From a virus (Duplodnaviria > Caudoviricetes), in IMG/VR virus record IMGVR_UViG_3300037070_000996, positions 1-52,812 of that record: DNA of 52,812 bases; one strand, given 5' to 3'. Shown here in pieces: positions 7,232 to 17,621 of this stretch. The position numbers were made by a program, and so were the translations under genes. The notes under the pieces were generated by a model. It had not been told where the DNA came from and ran no database searches. It was given only the letters and a program-made list of their open reading frames with translations. The number at the start of each line of letters is the position of its first letter. Within the stretch, counting starts at the first letter, position 1.

Positions 7232-9235
7232 GTGGCGGGTCGATTAGTTGTAAGATCTGTCCCTAGTTCGCCTCCGGCAGCCTCTGATCTGCAGGCACCC
7301 CAGCAGTTGGCTGGCCTAGACATCACGACACCGGTAGGGCAGATCATCTGCACTATGTCCCCTACGGCGGATATGCACGATGGGGTGACGCCAGGCACGG
7401 GAGTAGGACTCTACACCTTCGATGTTAACGGGGCAACTACGACCTACGCTGCTCCAAGCACAGAGATCATCGTGGCACCGACCCTACACCAGATAGGGGT
7501 CACTGGTGCTACGCTAGTCCAGAACGGTAAAAGGGTGACACTGTCAGCTGCTGGTACCGGGTTTGACAATACCTCAGACCAACTGGCTCTTGCGGGGTGG
7601 CCGCTAACGGGCGACTTCGATGTGTACGTCGATCTGGCTGCTTTCACGGGAGCAGGCTACGAGTACGCAACTGCGGTTCTGATGTGGAGAGACGTCTCTC
7701 TGGCAAACGTAACCACGGTCACTGGAGCAAAGTTTGGCTCAATAGGGTACTGGCGTAGTGCAGACAACATCGGCATTGACTTTAAGGGTCGATCAGTCCT
7801 GGATCAGGTGTACGACATACACCAGTTCGTCACCGGCTCGGGCAGTCCAGGGTGGCTGCATATCCGCCGTAGGTCAAATAATTTCACCTATCGGTACTCA
7901 GCCGATGGTAGCCTGTTTAATACGCTGTATTCGGAGACTCGTACTGCCAGTAGTACCTTGATGGTCGGTGTAGGTGTCAGCGACAACCAAGCCACGCCAG
8001 TGACTATGACCGCTGTGTTCGACGATGTACACTACACGCAGGGTGCGGATGTTGTCCACACGATTAACTCTACAGACCCTACCACCCGAATTATCAAAGT
8101 TAAGGCCAGAGATGCCTCGGCTGCCCTTAACGAGACTGCTTACACAGCCACGCAATCTGCAGTTCCAGGAGTAGCCTCTAGCTCTGTAAAGTTCAGACCT
8201 GGTTTGTGGCCAGAGCCTAACTTCGTATTGTCATACACCAGTGACACAGATTACTGGGACGGTGTGATCCAGCCGTTTATCGATAATGTGGGCACCCTGG
8301 CGGAAGTCACAGGCTTGATGTTCCTGGTAACCATTGGGGTGTTGAGTAAGGACCAGGGTGACTACAGTGAGGGAGAAGCCGTCATAGATGAGCTTGATGC
8401 TCGTATGCGCGCTATCGGCAAGCCGTACCTATTGCACATCTGGGACAGGAAGTTCGGTGGATCACTCCCGACTGTGCCCCAATCTTCCAGTACACGAGCC
8501 TTTGCCGACTGGCACATCAGTGGCAACCATGTGGCCTCAGGTTCGTTTACGCACTATTTAAAGATATGGAATGCTACAGAGATGGGGTACCTCATCGATG
8601 TGTATCGCCATTTTGGCGACTATCTGGACTCTAACGCTTACTGCGAGGGTTTTGAGAACGCCGAATCGGCTATGGACTCTACCGCACCTACCTGGAGTTA
8701 TTCCGGTATGAGGACCCAGACTTACCGATTTATAGATGAAGTTGGTCCTAAATGGCCCACATCTTTGAAGCGGTACAATCTTAATTTTTATGACACCTAC
8801 GATCAAACAGGTATCAACAACGCAGCCAGCTTAGTTTCCTATTTGTACGGCGCGGGATGGGGTATCGGCGGGCCGGACATGTACACCACCACCGGGCCGT
8901 CCATGGGCGAGGGCATTGTGAGGGGTTTGGGGTCTTATTCACCTGGTGTTGGCGAGTATGGGTTCCAGCCAGATTTCGGCAGTATAGACTATCGATCGCT
9001 TATGTCTGTGGCGTACCACATGGAGTACATCCACACCCGATCAAAAGAGGTTGTGTACGCGTACAGCCACGACCAGATAATGAATCACTACCTGCACTGG
9101 TCGGTAGCAACCGCCGGTGAGCTGGATCAGCAGGGCGCCGTTATTACGACAGCCAACGCTTGGCCAGCAGTCTACGCCTACCTTGCCTCTCAGGCTGAAC
9201 CTATAACTAACATTACGAGGCCGGCGAACATATAA
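7232..9235 (+). CDS. Putative receptor-binding/fibre protein: lectin-like beta-sandwich + FN3-like segment + possible glycoside hydrolase-like domain
   Basis: Thr/Gly-rich. LTGDFDV...WLHIRRRSNNFTYRYSADG resembles a ConA/DUF1349-like fold; the aromatic-rich C-terminal domain is alpha/beta-like. Domain calls by eye. Confidence 0.55.
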   Translation: MAGRLVVRSVPSSPPAASDLQAPQQLAGLDITTPVGQIICTMSPTADMHDGVTPGTGVGLYTFDVNGATTTYAAPSTEIIVAPTLHQIGVTGATLVQNGKRVTLSAAGTGFDNTSDQLALAGWPLTGDFDVYVDLAAFTGAGYEYATAVLMWRDVSLANVTTVTGAKFGSIGYWRSADNIGIDFKGRSVLDQVYDIHQFVTGSGSPGWLHIRRRSNNFTYRYSADGSLFNTLYSETRTASSTLMVGVGVSDNQATPVTMTAVFDDVHYTQGADVVHTINSTDPTTRIIKVKARDASAALNETAYTATQSAVPGVASSSVKFRPGLWPEPNFVLSYTSDTDYWDGVIQPFIDNVGTLAEVTGLMFLVTIGVLSKDQGDYSEGEAVIDELDARMRAIGKPYLLHIWDRKFGGSLPTVPQSSSTRAFADWHISGNHVASGSFTHYLKIWNATEMGYLIDVYRHFGDYLDSNAYCEGFENAESAMDSTAPTWSYSGMRTQTYRFIDEVGPKWPTSLKRYNLNFYDTYDQTGINNAASLVSYLYGAGWGIGGPDMYTTTGPSMGEGIVRGLGSYSPGVGEYGFQPDFGSIDYRSLMSVAYHMEYIHTRSKEVVYAYSHDQIMNHYLHWSVATAGELDQQGAVITTANAWPAVYAYLASQAEPITNITRPANI

Positions 9236-9957
9236 TGTCTTGGGCATACGTACAGACCGCTGCAGGCGGGGCAGACAGTTCAGGCTCCTCTATAGCCACA
9301 GCAGCCTTTAGTGGCTCTGTGACCAGCGGTAGCGCCTTCTCTTACTTTGTCACGTACAACAACACGATTGAAGTGACAGTGGAGCTTGCTAGAAGCACGG
9401 ATGTGTTCACAGAGGTCGGCCACTACTTCGATGTGGTTAGCGGCTATGGGTTGAGATGGGGGTACTGCTTTAATGCGAGTTCTGGGACTGGAGCTGTTAC
9501 TGCAACATACGGCATAATTGCTGTTCCCATTACTGTACCAAATTGGCGCGGCTTGGTTGTTACCGAGTTTTCTGGCCTTGCCACGTCATCCGATATATTC
9601 GCTGCCGGTGAATATGCAGGAGCTTACCGCGCAGGCGTGGGGACGGGCACTGACGCATGGTCCACAGGAGACATAACTCCTGGTGTACAGCCGGCTTTGA
9701 TGGTCGGTCTATGCGAGGATATAAACGGTGGCGTGCTGTCTGCCGGTACGGGGTTTACCGATCGCGGTGTCCCAACTACGTACGGATATGGTGGCAGTTT
9801 TGTCAGGCTTGTGACTAAAAATGTCACTAGTACCTCTGCGCAGCCCTGTACGTGGACGGACGATACAGCCTCAGGCTTCGGGCTTACCGGGGCTATTATT
9901 TTGAGAGAACCGACGGTCGCCGTCGTACGCAGACTAACACTACTTGGAGCTGGTTAA
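9235..9957 (+). CDS. Putative virion fibre component
   Basis: Ser/Thr/Gly-rich beta protein; TAATG coupling; C-terminal RRLTLLGAG. Confidence 0.6.
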   Translation: MSWAYVQTAAGGADSSGSSIATAAFSGSVTSGSAFSYFVTYNNTIEVTVELARSTDVFTEVGHYFDVVSGYGLRWGYCFNASSGTGAVTATYGIIAVPITVPNWRGLVVTEFSGLATSSDIFAAGEYAGAYRAGVGTGTDAWSTGDITPGVQPALMVGLCEDINGGVLSAGTGFTDRGVPTTYGYGGSFVRLVTKNVTSTSAQPCTWTDDTASGFGLTGAIILREPTVAVVRRLTLLGAG

Positions 9958-11223
9958 ATGGCTGATAATGTGGCAATCACACCGGGCGCAGGCGCGTCCA
10001 TTGGTACTGACGATGTTGGTGGCGTCCAGTATCAAGTAGTCAAGTTGGGGGTAGGCGACGATGGCGCCATGGCCCTCGCAGCGTTGACGGCACCCTTGCC
10101 TGTCAGACTGTCAGACGGCACAAGCGCTATCACGACACTCCCCGTAAGTTTAGCCTCAGTGCCCTCCCACGCTGTCACTAATGCTGGCACGTTCGCTGTG
10201 CAAGCGGGATTGAATGCCGGTACAAACAACATCGGCGATGTGGACATTTTGACAATCGCAGCAGGCGACAACAATATCGGTAATGTCGATGTTGAAAGTG
10301 TCGTGGCTGGCACCGGCCCTACAAATTTAGGTAAAGCTGAGGACGCAGCGCACACATCCGGTGACACGGGTGTAATGAGCCTTGCTGTACGAAACGACAG
10401 TGATACAGCTCTTGCTGGGACGACCCTGGATTACGCACCCTTGCAAGTTGACGCCACGGGTTACTTGAAGGTTAACGTTAAAGCAGGTTCATTGGCAGGT
10501 CCTTCTGTCAACGATGACGAGGCGTTTACTGTCGGTGTCACCCCAGTAGCCCCAGTCGGCGGCTTGTACATGGCTTCCCCAGATTCTGTCGATACGGGCG
10601 ACATTGGTGCCTTCGGCATGACTGCCAACAGATCTCTGTTTGTTGCGCTCAGAACGCCTAACGGCGACAGTGCGATGGACGACACAAACGATAGTGTCAA
10701 GGTTACGATTTCTTCGGGCAGTATCGTGGGTATAGCAGACGACGCCGCATTTACGATAGGTGTCAGTGAAGTCCTTCCCGTAGGCTACCTCGCAGATGAT
10801 ACCTCTACGGATAGTGTTAACGAGGGAGATATCGGCGCAGCCCGCATGACCCTAAATCGTAAGATCATATCTCAGCCCTACGAGGGTGAAGGTAACTCCT
10901 GGTCTTATGCGGCACCCGCTGGAGGCTTGGTTAACACGACGGAAGTGACAGCTAAAGCTTCTGCTGGCTCTGGTCTTATCAACTACATAACGAGCATCCA
11001 GGTCACCAACTCACACGCTACCACAGGCACTGAGATTCAAGTTCTAGATGGCACGGCAGGCACAGTGAAGCATCGCGGCTTTGCAGCTGCGTTAGGTGGC
11101 TACGTAGCTACGTTTCCTGTGCCCATCAAGATGACAGCAGCTACGCTCGTCAGCATTAAAGAGGCTACTACGACGGCTACGACTGGCGTTCTAGTTAACC
11201 TTCAAGGCTACGTAGGCGCGTAA
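9958..11223 (+). CDS. Putative fibre/stalk protein with internal repeats
   Basis: MADNVAITPG N-terminus; repeats NNIGDVD/NNIGNVD and DD.AFT.GV....PVG...DSV..GDIGA..MT.NR (x2). Confidence 0.65.
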   Translation: MADNVAITPGAGASIGTDDVGGVQYQVVKLGVGDDGAMALAALTAPLPVRLSDGTSAITTLPVSLASVPSHAVTNAGTFAVQAGLNAGTNNIGDVDILTIAAGDNNIGNVDVESVVAGTGPTNLGKAEDAAHTSGDTGVMSLAVRNDSDTALAGTTLDYAPLQVDATGYLKVNVKAGSLAGPSVNDDEAFTVGVTPVAPVGGLYMASPDSVDTGDIGAFGMTANRSLFVALRTPNGDSAMDDTNDSVKVTISSGSIVGIADDAAFTIGVSEVLPVGYLADDTSTDSVNEGDIGAARMTLNRKIISQPYEGEGNSWSYAAPAGGLVNTTEVTAKASAGSGLINYITSIQVTNSHATTGTEIQVLDGTAGTVKHRGFAAALGGYVATFPVPIKMTAATLVSIKEATTTATTGVLVNLQGYVGA

Positions 11224-11390
11224 TGCTGCTACTGTTATTCCAGCCTTCAAATGGGGAGGGTACACCAGGTGAGGTGACTCTACCAACAGGGCGTAAGCGA
11301 GACGGGCGGCGTTTAATACTTAAACTAGCTCGATTCCAACGCGGTTTCTTTGATCTGGGTGTCTTGTTAAGCTATGTCTTCAGAAAGTGA
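11223..11390 (+). CDS. 55-aa protein MLLLLFQP... (not in ORF track)
   Basis: TAATG coupling to the previous gene; open frame to TGA at 11390. Confidence 0.55.
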   Translation: MLLLLFQPSNGEGTPGEVTLPTGRKRDGRRLILKLARFQRGFFDLGVLLSYVFRK

Positions 11391-12249
11391 ACTTCAGTTA
11401 GTCAAGGACCGGTCAAACCCGGAGCACGCACAAGCTAGGGGTCACAATAAACGAGTAAGAGACAAGTATCCGGACACATGGGCTAAGTCCATAATCACCG
11501 ACAAGGTACTTGCAGAATGGATCATCGAGCGGAAAGGGGACAAATGCCCTTACTGCGAGAAACCGGTAAAAGAGGTCGACCACAAGTTACCTCTTAGCAA
11601 AGGGGGTGATCACGAAATCTCGAATCTCCAGATGCTGTGTATGGACTGCAATAGGTCCAAGCACGACATGACGGACGCGGAGTTCGCCGAGTTCAAGAAG
11701 AACTCACCAAAGATTGGCCTGTCTCTTAGGGACTACGGGATCGAGTACCGGCACTTGAAAGACAAGATGAACAGGTTCAGGACTCGATCCTTGTTCAAAG
11801 AGTTTTGGATAAAGACAGAAGACGACAGTTTGGTGCCTATCTTCGTTTGCAGAGGCGAAGAGGACCGAGACGGGTTGATCTCCCTCAAACGTGTCTACAT
11901 GACGATTGGGGACCCAACCGAGTACAGATTCGCCAAGGCCATATTCGGAGATCATAGGCACTGGCGACACCTTTGTAAGCTTCCTTGGTTCTCTGTGTTC
12001 GCTAAAGAGTGGCGACTGGAACTTAAAGCAAAGCTAAGGTCGGACGCTGTAGCAGCGCTGCTAGAATTGAAGGATGGTAATATTCAGGCCATCAAGGCTT
12101 TGGCCTCCGAGGACTATCCGTTTGCGTCGTATATCGACGGCCACGAGACAAAACGTCGTAGGGCGGGGCGCCCCAACAAAGAGGCTAAGCCTGAGATTGA
12201 TGACGAAGTGTTCGAGGGAGACGCAGCTCGCATGGGGTTGAATGGTTAA
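11374..12249 (+). CDS. terS: HNH endonuclease fused to terminase small subunit
   Basis: CPYC...EVDHKLPLSKGG...NLQMLCMDCNRSK is an HNH signature. The C-terminal DPTEYRFA...HWRHL...WF...WRLELKAK resembles PaP3/LUZ24-type TerS. The gene overlaps the terL start. Confidence 0.75.
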   Translation: MSSESELQLVKDRSNPEHAQARGHNKRVRDKYPDTWAKSIITDKVLAEWIIERKGDKCPYCEKPVKEVDHKLPLSKGGDHEISNLQMLCMDCNRSKHDMTDAEFAEFKKNSPKIGLSLRDYGIEYRHLKDKMNRFRTRSLFKEFWIKTEDDSLVPIFVCRGEEDRDGLISLKRVYMTIGDPTEYRFAKAIFGDHRHWRHLCKLPWFSVFAKEWRLELKAKLRSDAVAALLELKDGNIQAIKALASEDYPFASYIDGHETKRRRAGRPNKEAKPEIDDEVFEGDAARMGLNG

Positions 12250-13804
12250 CGTAGTTAACAAATTGAGTCAGAGAGAGGAGCTTAAGTTAGCCGCCGAGGC
12301 GGACTTGCTCACTTTCATCCGACTCATTGCCCCGAAGCGCATTATAGGCGACATCCATAAAGAGGTTATCTCTTGGTGGAATCGCGAAGTTGCAGGTACG
12401 CATCAGTTGCTGTTGCTGCCTCGTGGGCACCAGAAGTCCACATTTGTGGCATACAGGGTTGCATGGGAGATCACTCGTAATCCAGCAGTTGTCATCGGCT
12501 ACTGGTCCTCGACAGCGTCTCTGGCAGTGCAACAGTTGCTGCTGATAAAGAGCATCCTTACCTCAAACATCTACCGTCGGTACTGGCCGGAGATGGTTAA
12601 CGAAGAAGAAGGTAAACGAGAGAAGTGGGCAGCTAACGAGTTCGCTGTAGATCATCCTAAAAGAAAGGATGAGATGATCCGAGATCCTACGTGTTTTACC
12701 GCAGGACTTACTACGTCAAAGACTGGTTGGCACTGTGACATCGCGGTGCTCGACGACTGTGTGGTACAAGAGAATGCATACACTGAGGACGGCAGGAACA
12801 AGCTGCGCAGTCAGTACTCTTTGCTAGCTTCCATTGAGAACCCAGGTGCTCGGGAGTGGGTCGTAGGTACGAGGTACCACCCAGCGGATCTGTACTCCGA
12901 TCTCATGGATATGAGAGAAGAGATTTTCGACGAGAACGGAGATGTGACAGATACAAAGAATGTGTACGAGATCTTTGAGCGTCAAGTAGAAGACAGGGGT
13001 GACGGTAGCGGGGAGTTCATCTGGCCACGAACACAGCGAAACGACGGGCAGTGGTTCGGGTTCGACTCCAAGGAACTGAGTCGTAAGAAGGCCCAGTATC
13101 TCGATAAGACACAGTTCTACGCTCAGTACTACAACAACCCCAACGTCGGAGAAGAGTCCGGCATCAGTAGATCGAGGTTTCAGTACTATGACCGCAAGAT
13201 GGTTAAATACGAAAACGGCGTTACTCTTGTTCGTGGAAAGAAAGTTAACGTCTTTGCTGCTATTGACTTTGCGTTTTCCCTCTCTAACAAGGCTGACTAC
13301 ACTGCTATCGTAGTGATCGGTCTGGACGATGACGGCAACATTTACATCCTTGACATAGATAGATTTAAGACGGACGGGAGGATCGGTGTGTACTTTGAGC
13401 ACATTCGAGATTTACACGTTAAGTGGAACTTCCGTAAGCTCCGAGCCGAGGTCACGGTGGCTCAGGTGGCTATTGTTCGTGAACTCAAAGACCAATATTT
13501 CAAGCCCCACGGGTTGGCTCTGTCTGTCGATGAAGCTCGCCCCACACGGGCTGACGGCGCGAAAGAAGAGCGCATGCGAGCTATTCTAGAGCCTCGATAC
13601 GAGAACCAGAGTGTGTGGCACTATCAGGGCGGCAACTGCTCTGCTCTTGAGGACGAATTGATTCAAGCGCATCCTGCGCACGACGACATGAAAGATGCCC
13701 TTGCAGCCGCTATTGACGTCTCTGTACCGCCTAGAGGTATGAGCCGTAGGTCTAGCAGTGATGGCAAGGTTATCTACTCCACACGCTTTGGCGGGGTCCA
13801 GTGA
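12242..13804 (+). CDS. terL: Terminase large subunit
   Basis: Walker A-like LLPRGHQKST, Walker B IAVLDD, GTRY motif, nuclease AAIDFA..ADYTA and HDDMKDA. Confidence 0.95.
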   Translation: MVNVVNKLSQREELKLAAEADLLTFIRLIAPKRIIGDIHKEVISWWNREVAGTHQLLLLPRGHQKSTFVAYRVAWEITRNPAVVIGYWSSTASLAVQQLLLIKSILTSNIYRRYWPEMVNEEEGKREKWAANEFAVDHPKRKDEMIRDPTCFTAGLTTSKTGWHCDIAVLDDCVVQENAYTEDGRNKLRSQYSLLASIENPGAREWVVGTRYHPADLYSDLMDMREEIFDENGDVTDTKNVYEIFERQVEDRGDGSGEFIWPRTQRNDGQWFGFDSKELSRKKAQYLDKTQFYAQYYNNPNVGEESGISRSRFQYYDRKMVKYENGVTLVRGKKVNVFAAIDFAFSLSNKADYTAIVVIGLDDDGNIYILDIDRFKTDGRIGVYFEHIRDLHVKWNFRKLRAEVTVAQVAIVRELKDQYFKPHGLALSVDEARPTRADGAKEERMRAILEPRYENQSVWHYQGGNCSALEDELIQAHPAHDDMKDALAAAIDVSVPPRGMSRRSSSDGKVIYSTRFGGVQ

Positions 13805-15597
13805 GACGAGTTATTAACGTATCGAGCGAGCTTATCCAGCCAGACGTATTGGCAGGTATGATTGCCCGCAAGTTCGACGAATGGAAAAGTTCCCGGACAA
13901 AGAAAGAAAAAGATTGGTCCGAGGTCCGTAGCTATGTTTTTGCTACAGATACTACGACGACTACAAACGCAAAACTCCCATGGAAGAATAAGACTACTCG
14001 ACCCAAGCTCTGTCAGATCAGGGACAATCTCCACGCCAATTACATGGCAGCCCTGTTCCCCACAGAAGAGTGGTTCAACTGGGAAGCCGCTGAAGCCGAA
14101 GGTACGGATAAGGACAAGGCTTTTGCCATAAAGATGTACATGAAGAACAAGCTCAAGGAGAGTAAGTTCGAAGAGACAGTATCCCGGTTCGTATATGACT
14201 ACATCGACTACGGCAACGTTGTCGGCGATGCAGAGTACGTCAACGAGATATTCACGGCTAAGGACGGTACGCCAGTTACTTCGTATACAGGACCTCGCGC
14301 CTTTCGCATCAGTCCTTACGACCATCTTTTTGACGTCACTGCCACTACGTACGACCAAGCTCCTAAGATCACTCGCGCGCTACTGACGTTGGGTGACATC
14401 CACAAGCGCGTGAAGAACGACCCAGTATGGGCTAGGTTCAATCAAGGGACGCTAGATAAGATTGAGACTAACCGACGACAGGTTGCCAGCTACAACCAGT
14501 CGGATATACGCAAATCAGAGGGACTAGTTGCGGACGGGTTCGGCTCGTTGTACCAGTATTATACCTCTGGCCTGGTAGAGATACTAGAGTTTGAGGGAGA
14601 CCTCTATGACCTCGACACTAAAGAATTTTTGGAAAACTACATCATCACAGTTGTCGATCGTGCGTACATCTTACGCAAAGAGCCTATCGACACTTGGACA
14701 GGTCGCAGCACTAAGCAGCATTGTGGCTGGCGTCTACGACCAGACAATCTCATGGCTATGGGTCCTTTGGACAATCTCGTGGGTTTGCAGTATCGCATCG
14801 ATCACCTAGAAAACATGAAGGCCGATGCCTGGGATTTGTTCGCATTTCCTATGGCCAAGATCAAAGGCTATGTTGAGGACTTCGAATACGGCCCACTTGA
14901 ACGTATCTACATGGAGGAGACATCTGACGTAGAATTCATGCGACCGGAGACGACAGCTTTGAATGCCGACCTTCAAATCCAAGAGCTGCAAGCTCAGATG
15001 GAGGAGATGGCTGGGGCACCAAAGAATGCTATGGGTATCCGCACACCGGGCGAGAAAACCAAGTTTGAAGTGCAGACCTTGGACAACGCTGCATCCAGGG
15101 TGTTTCAGTCCAAGATCTCGCACTTTGAGAAGTTGTTCCTGGAACCTCTCTTGAACACGATGCTGGAACTGGCTCGGCGCAACATAGATCAGCTAGAAGC
15201 TGTACGAACCATGGACACCGATCTTGGTGTTGTTAAGTTTCTTGAGGTCACCAAAGAAGACTTGCAGGCCAAAGGAAAGCTCGTCCCCATGGGTGCTAGG
15301 CACTTCGCCGCCCAGGCTCAGATGATCCAGAACCTTACCACGCTGTCTGGTACGGGTGTGTACGCAGACCCGGCCGTCAACGTGCACTTCTCAGGTCTGC
15401 GTCTTGCCAAGCTGATAGAAGATAACATGGGCTGGGGTCAGTACAAAATAGTAGAGCCAAATATTCGAATTATAGAAAACGCTGAGTCGTCTAACCTTGC
15501 CGCCTCTGCCAATGAACAGACACAAGTCAACTCCATGACTCCCGCTATAACAGAAGAGGATATTCCGACGGATGGCTCGCAGCCCGAAGAGGAGTGA
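13801..15597 (+). CDS. Portal protein
   Basis: 598 aa directly after terL; DYIDYGN, RISPYD and GIRTPGEKT motifs of podovirus portals. Confidence 0.9.
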   Translation: MRRVINVSSELIQPDVLAGMIARKFDEWKSSRTKKEKDWSEVRSYVFATDTTTTTNAKLPWKNKTTRPKLCQIRDNLHANYMAALFPTEEWFNWEAAEAEGTDKDKAFAIKMYMKNKLKESKFEETVSRFVYDYIDYGNVVGDAEYVNEIFTAKDGTPVTSYTGPRAFRISPYDHLFDVTATTYDQAPKITRALLTLGDIHKRVKNDPVWARFNQGTLDKIETNRRQVASYNQSDIRKSEGLVADGFGSLYQYYTSGLVEILEFEGDLYDLDTKEFLENYIITVVDRAYILRKEPIDTWTGRSTKQHCGWRLRPDNLMAMGPLDNLVGLQYRIDHLENMKADAWDLFAFPMAKIKGYVEDFEYGPLERIYMEETSDVEFMRPETTALNADLQIQELQAQMEEMAGAPKNAMGIRTPGEKTKFEVQTLDNAASRVFQSKISHFEKLFLEPLLNTMLELARRNIDQLEAVRTMDTDLGVVKFLEVTKEDLQAKGKLVPMGARHFAAQAQMIQNLTTLSGTGVYADPAVNVHFSGLRLAKLIEDNMGWGQYKIVEPNIRIIENAESSNLAASANEQTQVNSMTPAITEEDIPTDGSQPEEE

Positions 15598-15847
15598 AGA
15601 TAGGCCCCTTAACATCGCAACTGACTGGCTACACGGCCTAGACGGAGACGATAAGGAAGGGTTTATACAAGTTTGGCGGAACAGCAAGTATCTGCTGGAT
15701 AGATTGAAGGAGATTATTAATCGAGAACTAGCAACCCTGTACCTCGATTTGAAGACAGATTACGAGAAGACTAACTGGCAGTTTATACGAGCCGACAAGA
15801 ACGGACGGATAGCAAGCCTAGAAAGAATTCTCACGTTGTTGCCCTAA
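15572..15847 (+). CDS. Small head-module protein
   Basis: Lies between portal and scaffold; GGAG-like context; DY...W....AD.NG pattern. Confidence 0.65.
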   Translation: MARSPKRSEDRPLNIATDWLHGLDGDDKEGFIQVWRNSKYLLDRLKEIINRELATLYLDLKTDYEKTNWQFIRADKNGRIASLERILTLLP

Positions 15848-15888
15848 ACAACAATAACCCTATTACCCTAAACCAGAGGGATGACGAT

Positions 15889-16605
15889 ATGACGACAGGC
15901 GTAACCAACGCTCTTGAAGTCCTTGTAGGAGACGGTAAGAAGTTCGCCTCAGTGGAAGATCTGGCTAAAGGTAAACTTGAAGCAGATACCTATGTGAAGG
16001 TCCTTGAGCTGCAGATTGCAGACTTAAAGACCGCAACAGATGGTTTGCAAAAGAAAGCCGATAGAACAGAAGCACTGGAGAATCTTATGACCGAAACTAC
16101 GAAAACTAACAATGAAGGCCAGCCCAACCTGCAGGCCGTCAATGACAAAGACAAGGTAACCACCCCGACTGTTCTGACTCAAGATGACATTGTGAAGTTG
16201 ATTGAAGCACGAGACGTTGCTAAGGCCCAGGCCCACAACCTCAATATTGCGATGGACGAATTGAAGAAGGTGTACGGTGAGAAGACCATGGAGGTCCTCA
16301 CTACCAAAGCCGCTTCACTAGGACTCACAGTAGAACAGGTACAAGCTCTTGGTCGAACCAGCTCTCAAGCGATGCTGAATCTTGTAGGTGCTACCAAGCA
16401 GCCCTCGACTCAGTCCGCTGCAACCAGTGGTTCGCGAAATGCGGAAGCTCTCAATCCGAGTAATATCGGCGGGGAAGTCCACAATAAAGCGTACTACGAA
16501 ACCTTGAAGAAGGAAATGGGCATTCTTAAGTTTGTCAACGACCGTTCAGTTCAAGCACAGTTGCATCGTGACATGAGCCGATTGGGTGATGAGTGGGACA
16601 CCTAA
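15889..16605 (+). CDS. Capsid scaffolding protein
   Basis: GKKFASVEDLAKG motif, coiled coil, position just before the major capsid gene. Confidence 0.8.
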   Translation: MTTGVTNALEVLVGDGKKFASVEDLAKGKLEADTYVKVLELQIADLKTATDGLQKKADRTEALENLMTETTKTNNEGQPNLQAVNDKDKVTTPTVLTQDDIVKLIEARDVAKAQAHNLNIAMDELKKVYGEKTMEVLTTKAASLGLTVEQVQALGRTSSQAMLNLVGATKQPSTQSAATSGSRNAEALNPSNIGGEVHNKAYYETLKKEMGILKFVNDRSVQAQLHRDMSRLGDEWDT

Positions 16606-16632
16606 ACTAACCACAATTGGAGTTTAATTTAA

Positions 16633-17604
16633 ATGGCCTTTACAACTGCAAATACTGACGCCCTGCGGCGTTCGGAAGTTTGGAGTTCGCAGCTTAAGGA
16701 AGTCATTCAGGACGAGTTGGATGCCCAGAAATGGGTCAACTGGATTACTGATTTCCCTGACGGCGAACAGTTTACGATCCCCTCAATCGGTGAAGCGACC
16801 GTTCGCGACTACGTTGAGAATCAGGCCGTTCTGTACGACGCACTCGACACTGGTGAATTCGCGTTCACTATCACCGAGTACGTACAGTCCGGTACTTACA
16901 TCACGAACAAGGCGAAGCAAGACATGTACTACATGTCACAGCTTGTGTCCAAGTTTGTGCCTTATCAAGCCCGAGCTATTGCCGAAGATCTGGAAACTAA
17001 GATCCTGGCTCTTGCTGCTGGCGGCGCTTCGGGTGGTCAGACGGCCTCGGCTACCAACTCGATCAACGGTGCAGCCCATCGTTGGGTAGGTTCTGGTACC
17101 AGTGAGTCGATTGCAGTCACGGACTTTGCTCGTGCTCTGTACTCGCTCAAGAAAGCAAATGTCCCCGATACGAATCTCGTGGCGATTGTTGATCCGTCTG
17201 TTGAGTATGTCCTCAATACGCTGACCAATATCACCAACGTGAGCAACAACCCCAAGTGGGAAGGCGTCATCACGTCGGGAATCGCGTCAGGTCGTCGGTT
17301 CGTAAAGAACATCTACGGCTTTGACGTTTACGTAAGCAACTACCTGCCTCGGTCGCAGAACGAAACCATTAACGCTGGTACGTCCTTGACCACGGCTGCG
17401 GGTGTAGCGAACATCTTCTTCTCCGCCTCCACTCCCGAACTGTGTCCCTTCATGGGCGCTTGGCGCCAGATGCCAACCGTCGAAGGTGAGTACAAGAAGG
17501 ACAATCAGCGAGAAGAGTATATCACTACGGCTCGTTACGGTTTGAAGGTCTACCGGCCTGAGAATCTGGTTGTTGTTCTTACTGACACTGACGTTATTGC
17601 CTAA
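16633..17604 (+). CDS. Major capsid protein
   Basis: 323 aa; FPDGEQFTIPSIG and a C-terminal ARYGLKVYRPENLVVV, typical of HK97-fold podovirus MCPs. Confidence 0.92.
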   Translation: MAFTTANTDALRRSEVWSSQLKEVIQDELDAQKWVNWITDFPDGEQFTIPSIGEATVRDYVENQAVLYDALDTGEFAFTITEYVQSGTYITNKAKQDMYYMSQLVSKFVPYQARAIAEDLETKILALAAGGASGGQTASATNSINGAAHRWVGSGTSESIAVTDFARALYSLKKANVPDTNLVAIVDPSVEYVLNTLTNITNVSNNPKWEGVITSGIASGRRFVKNIYGFDVYVSNYLPRSQNETINAGTSLTTAAGVANIFFSASTPELCPFMGAWRQMPTVEGEYKKDNQREEYITTARYGLKVYRPENLVVVLTDTDVIA

Positions 17605-17621
17605 TAGGAGTATATAACAAC

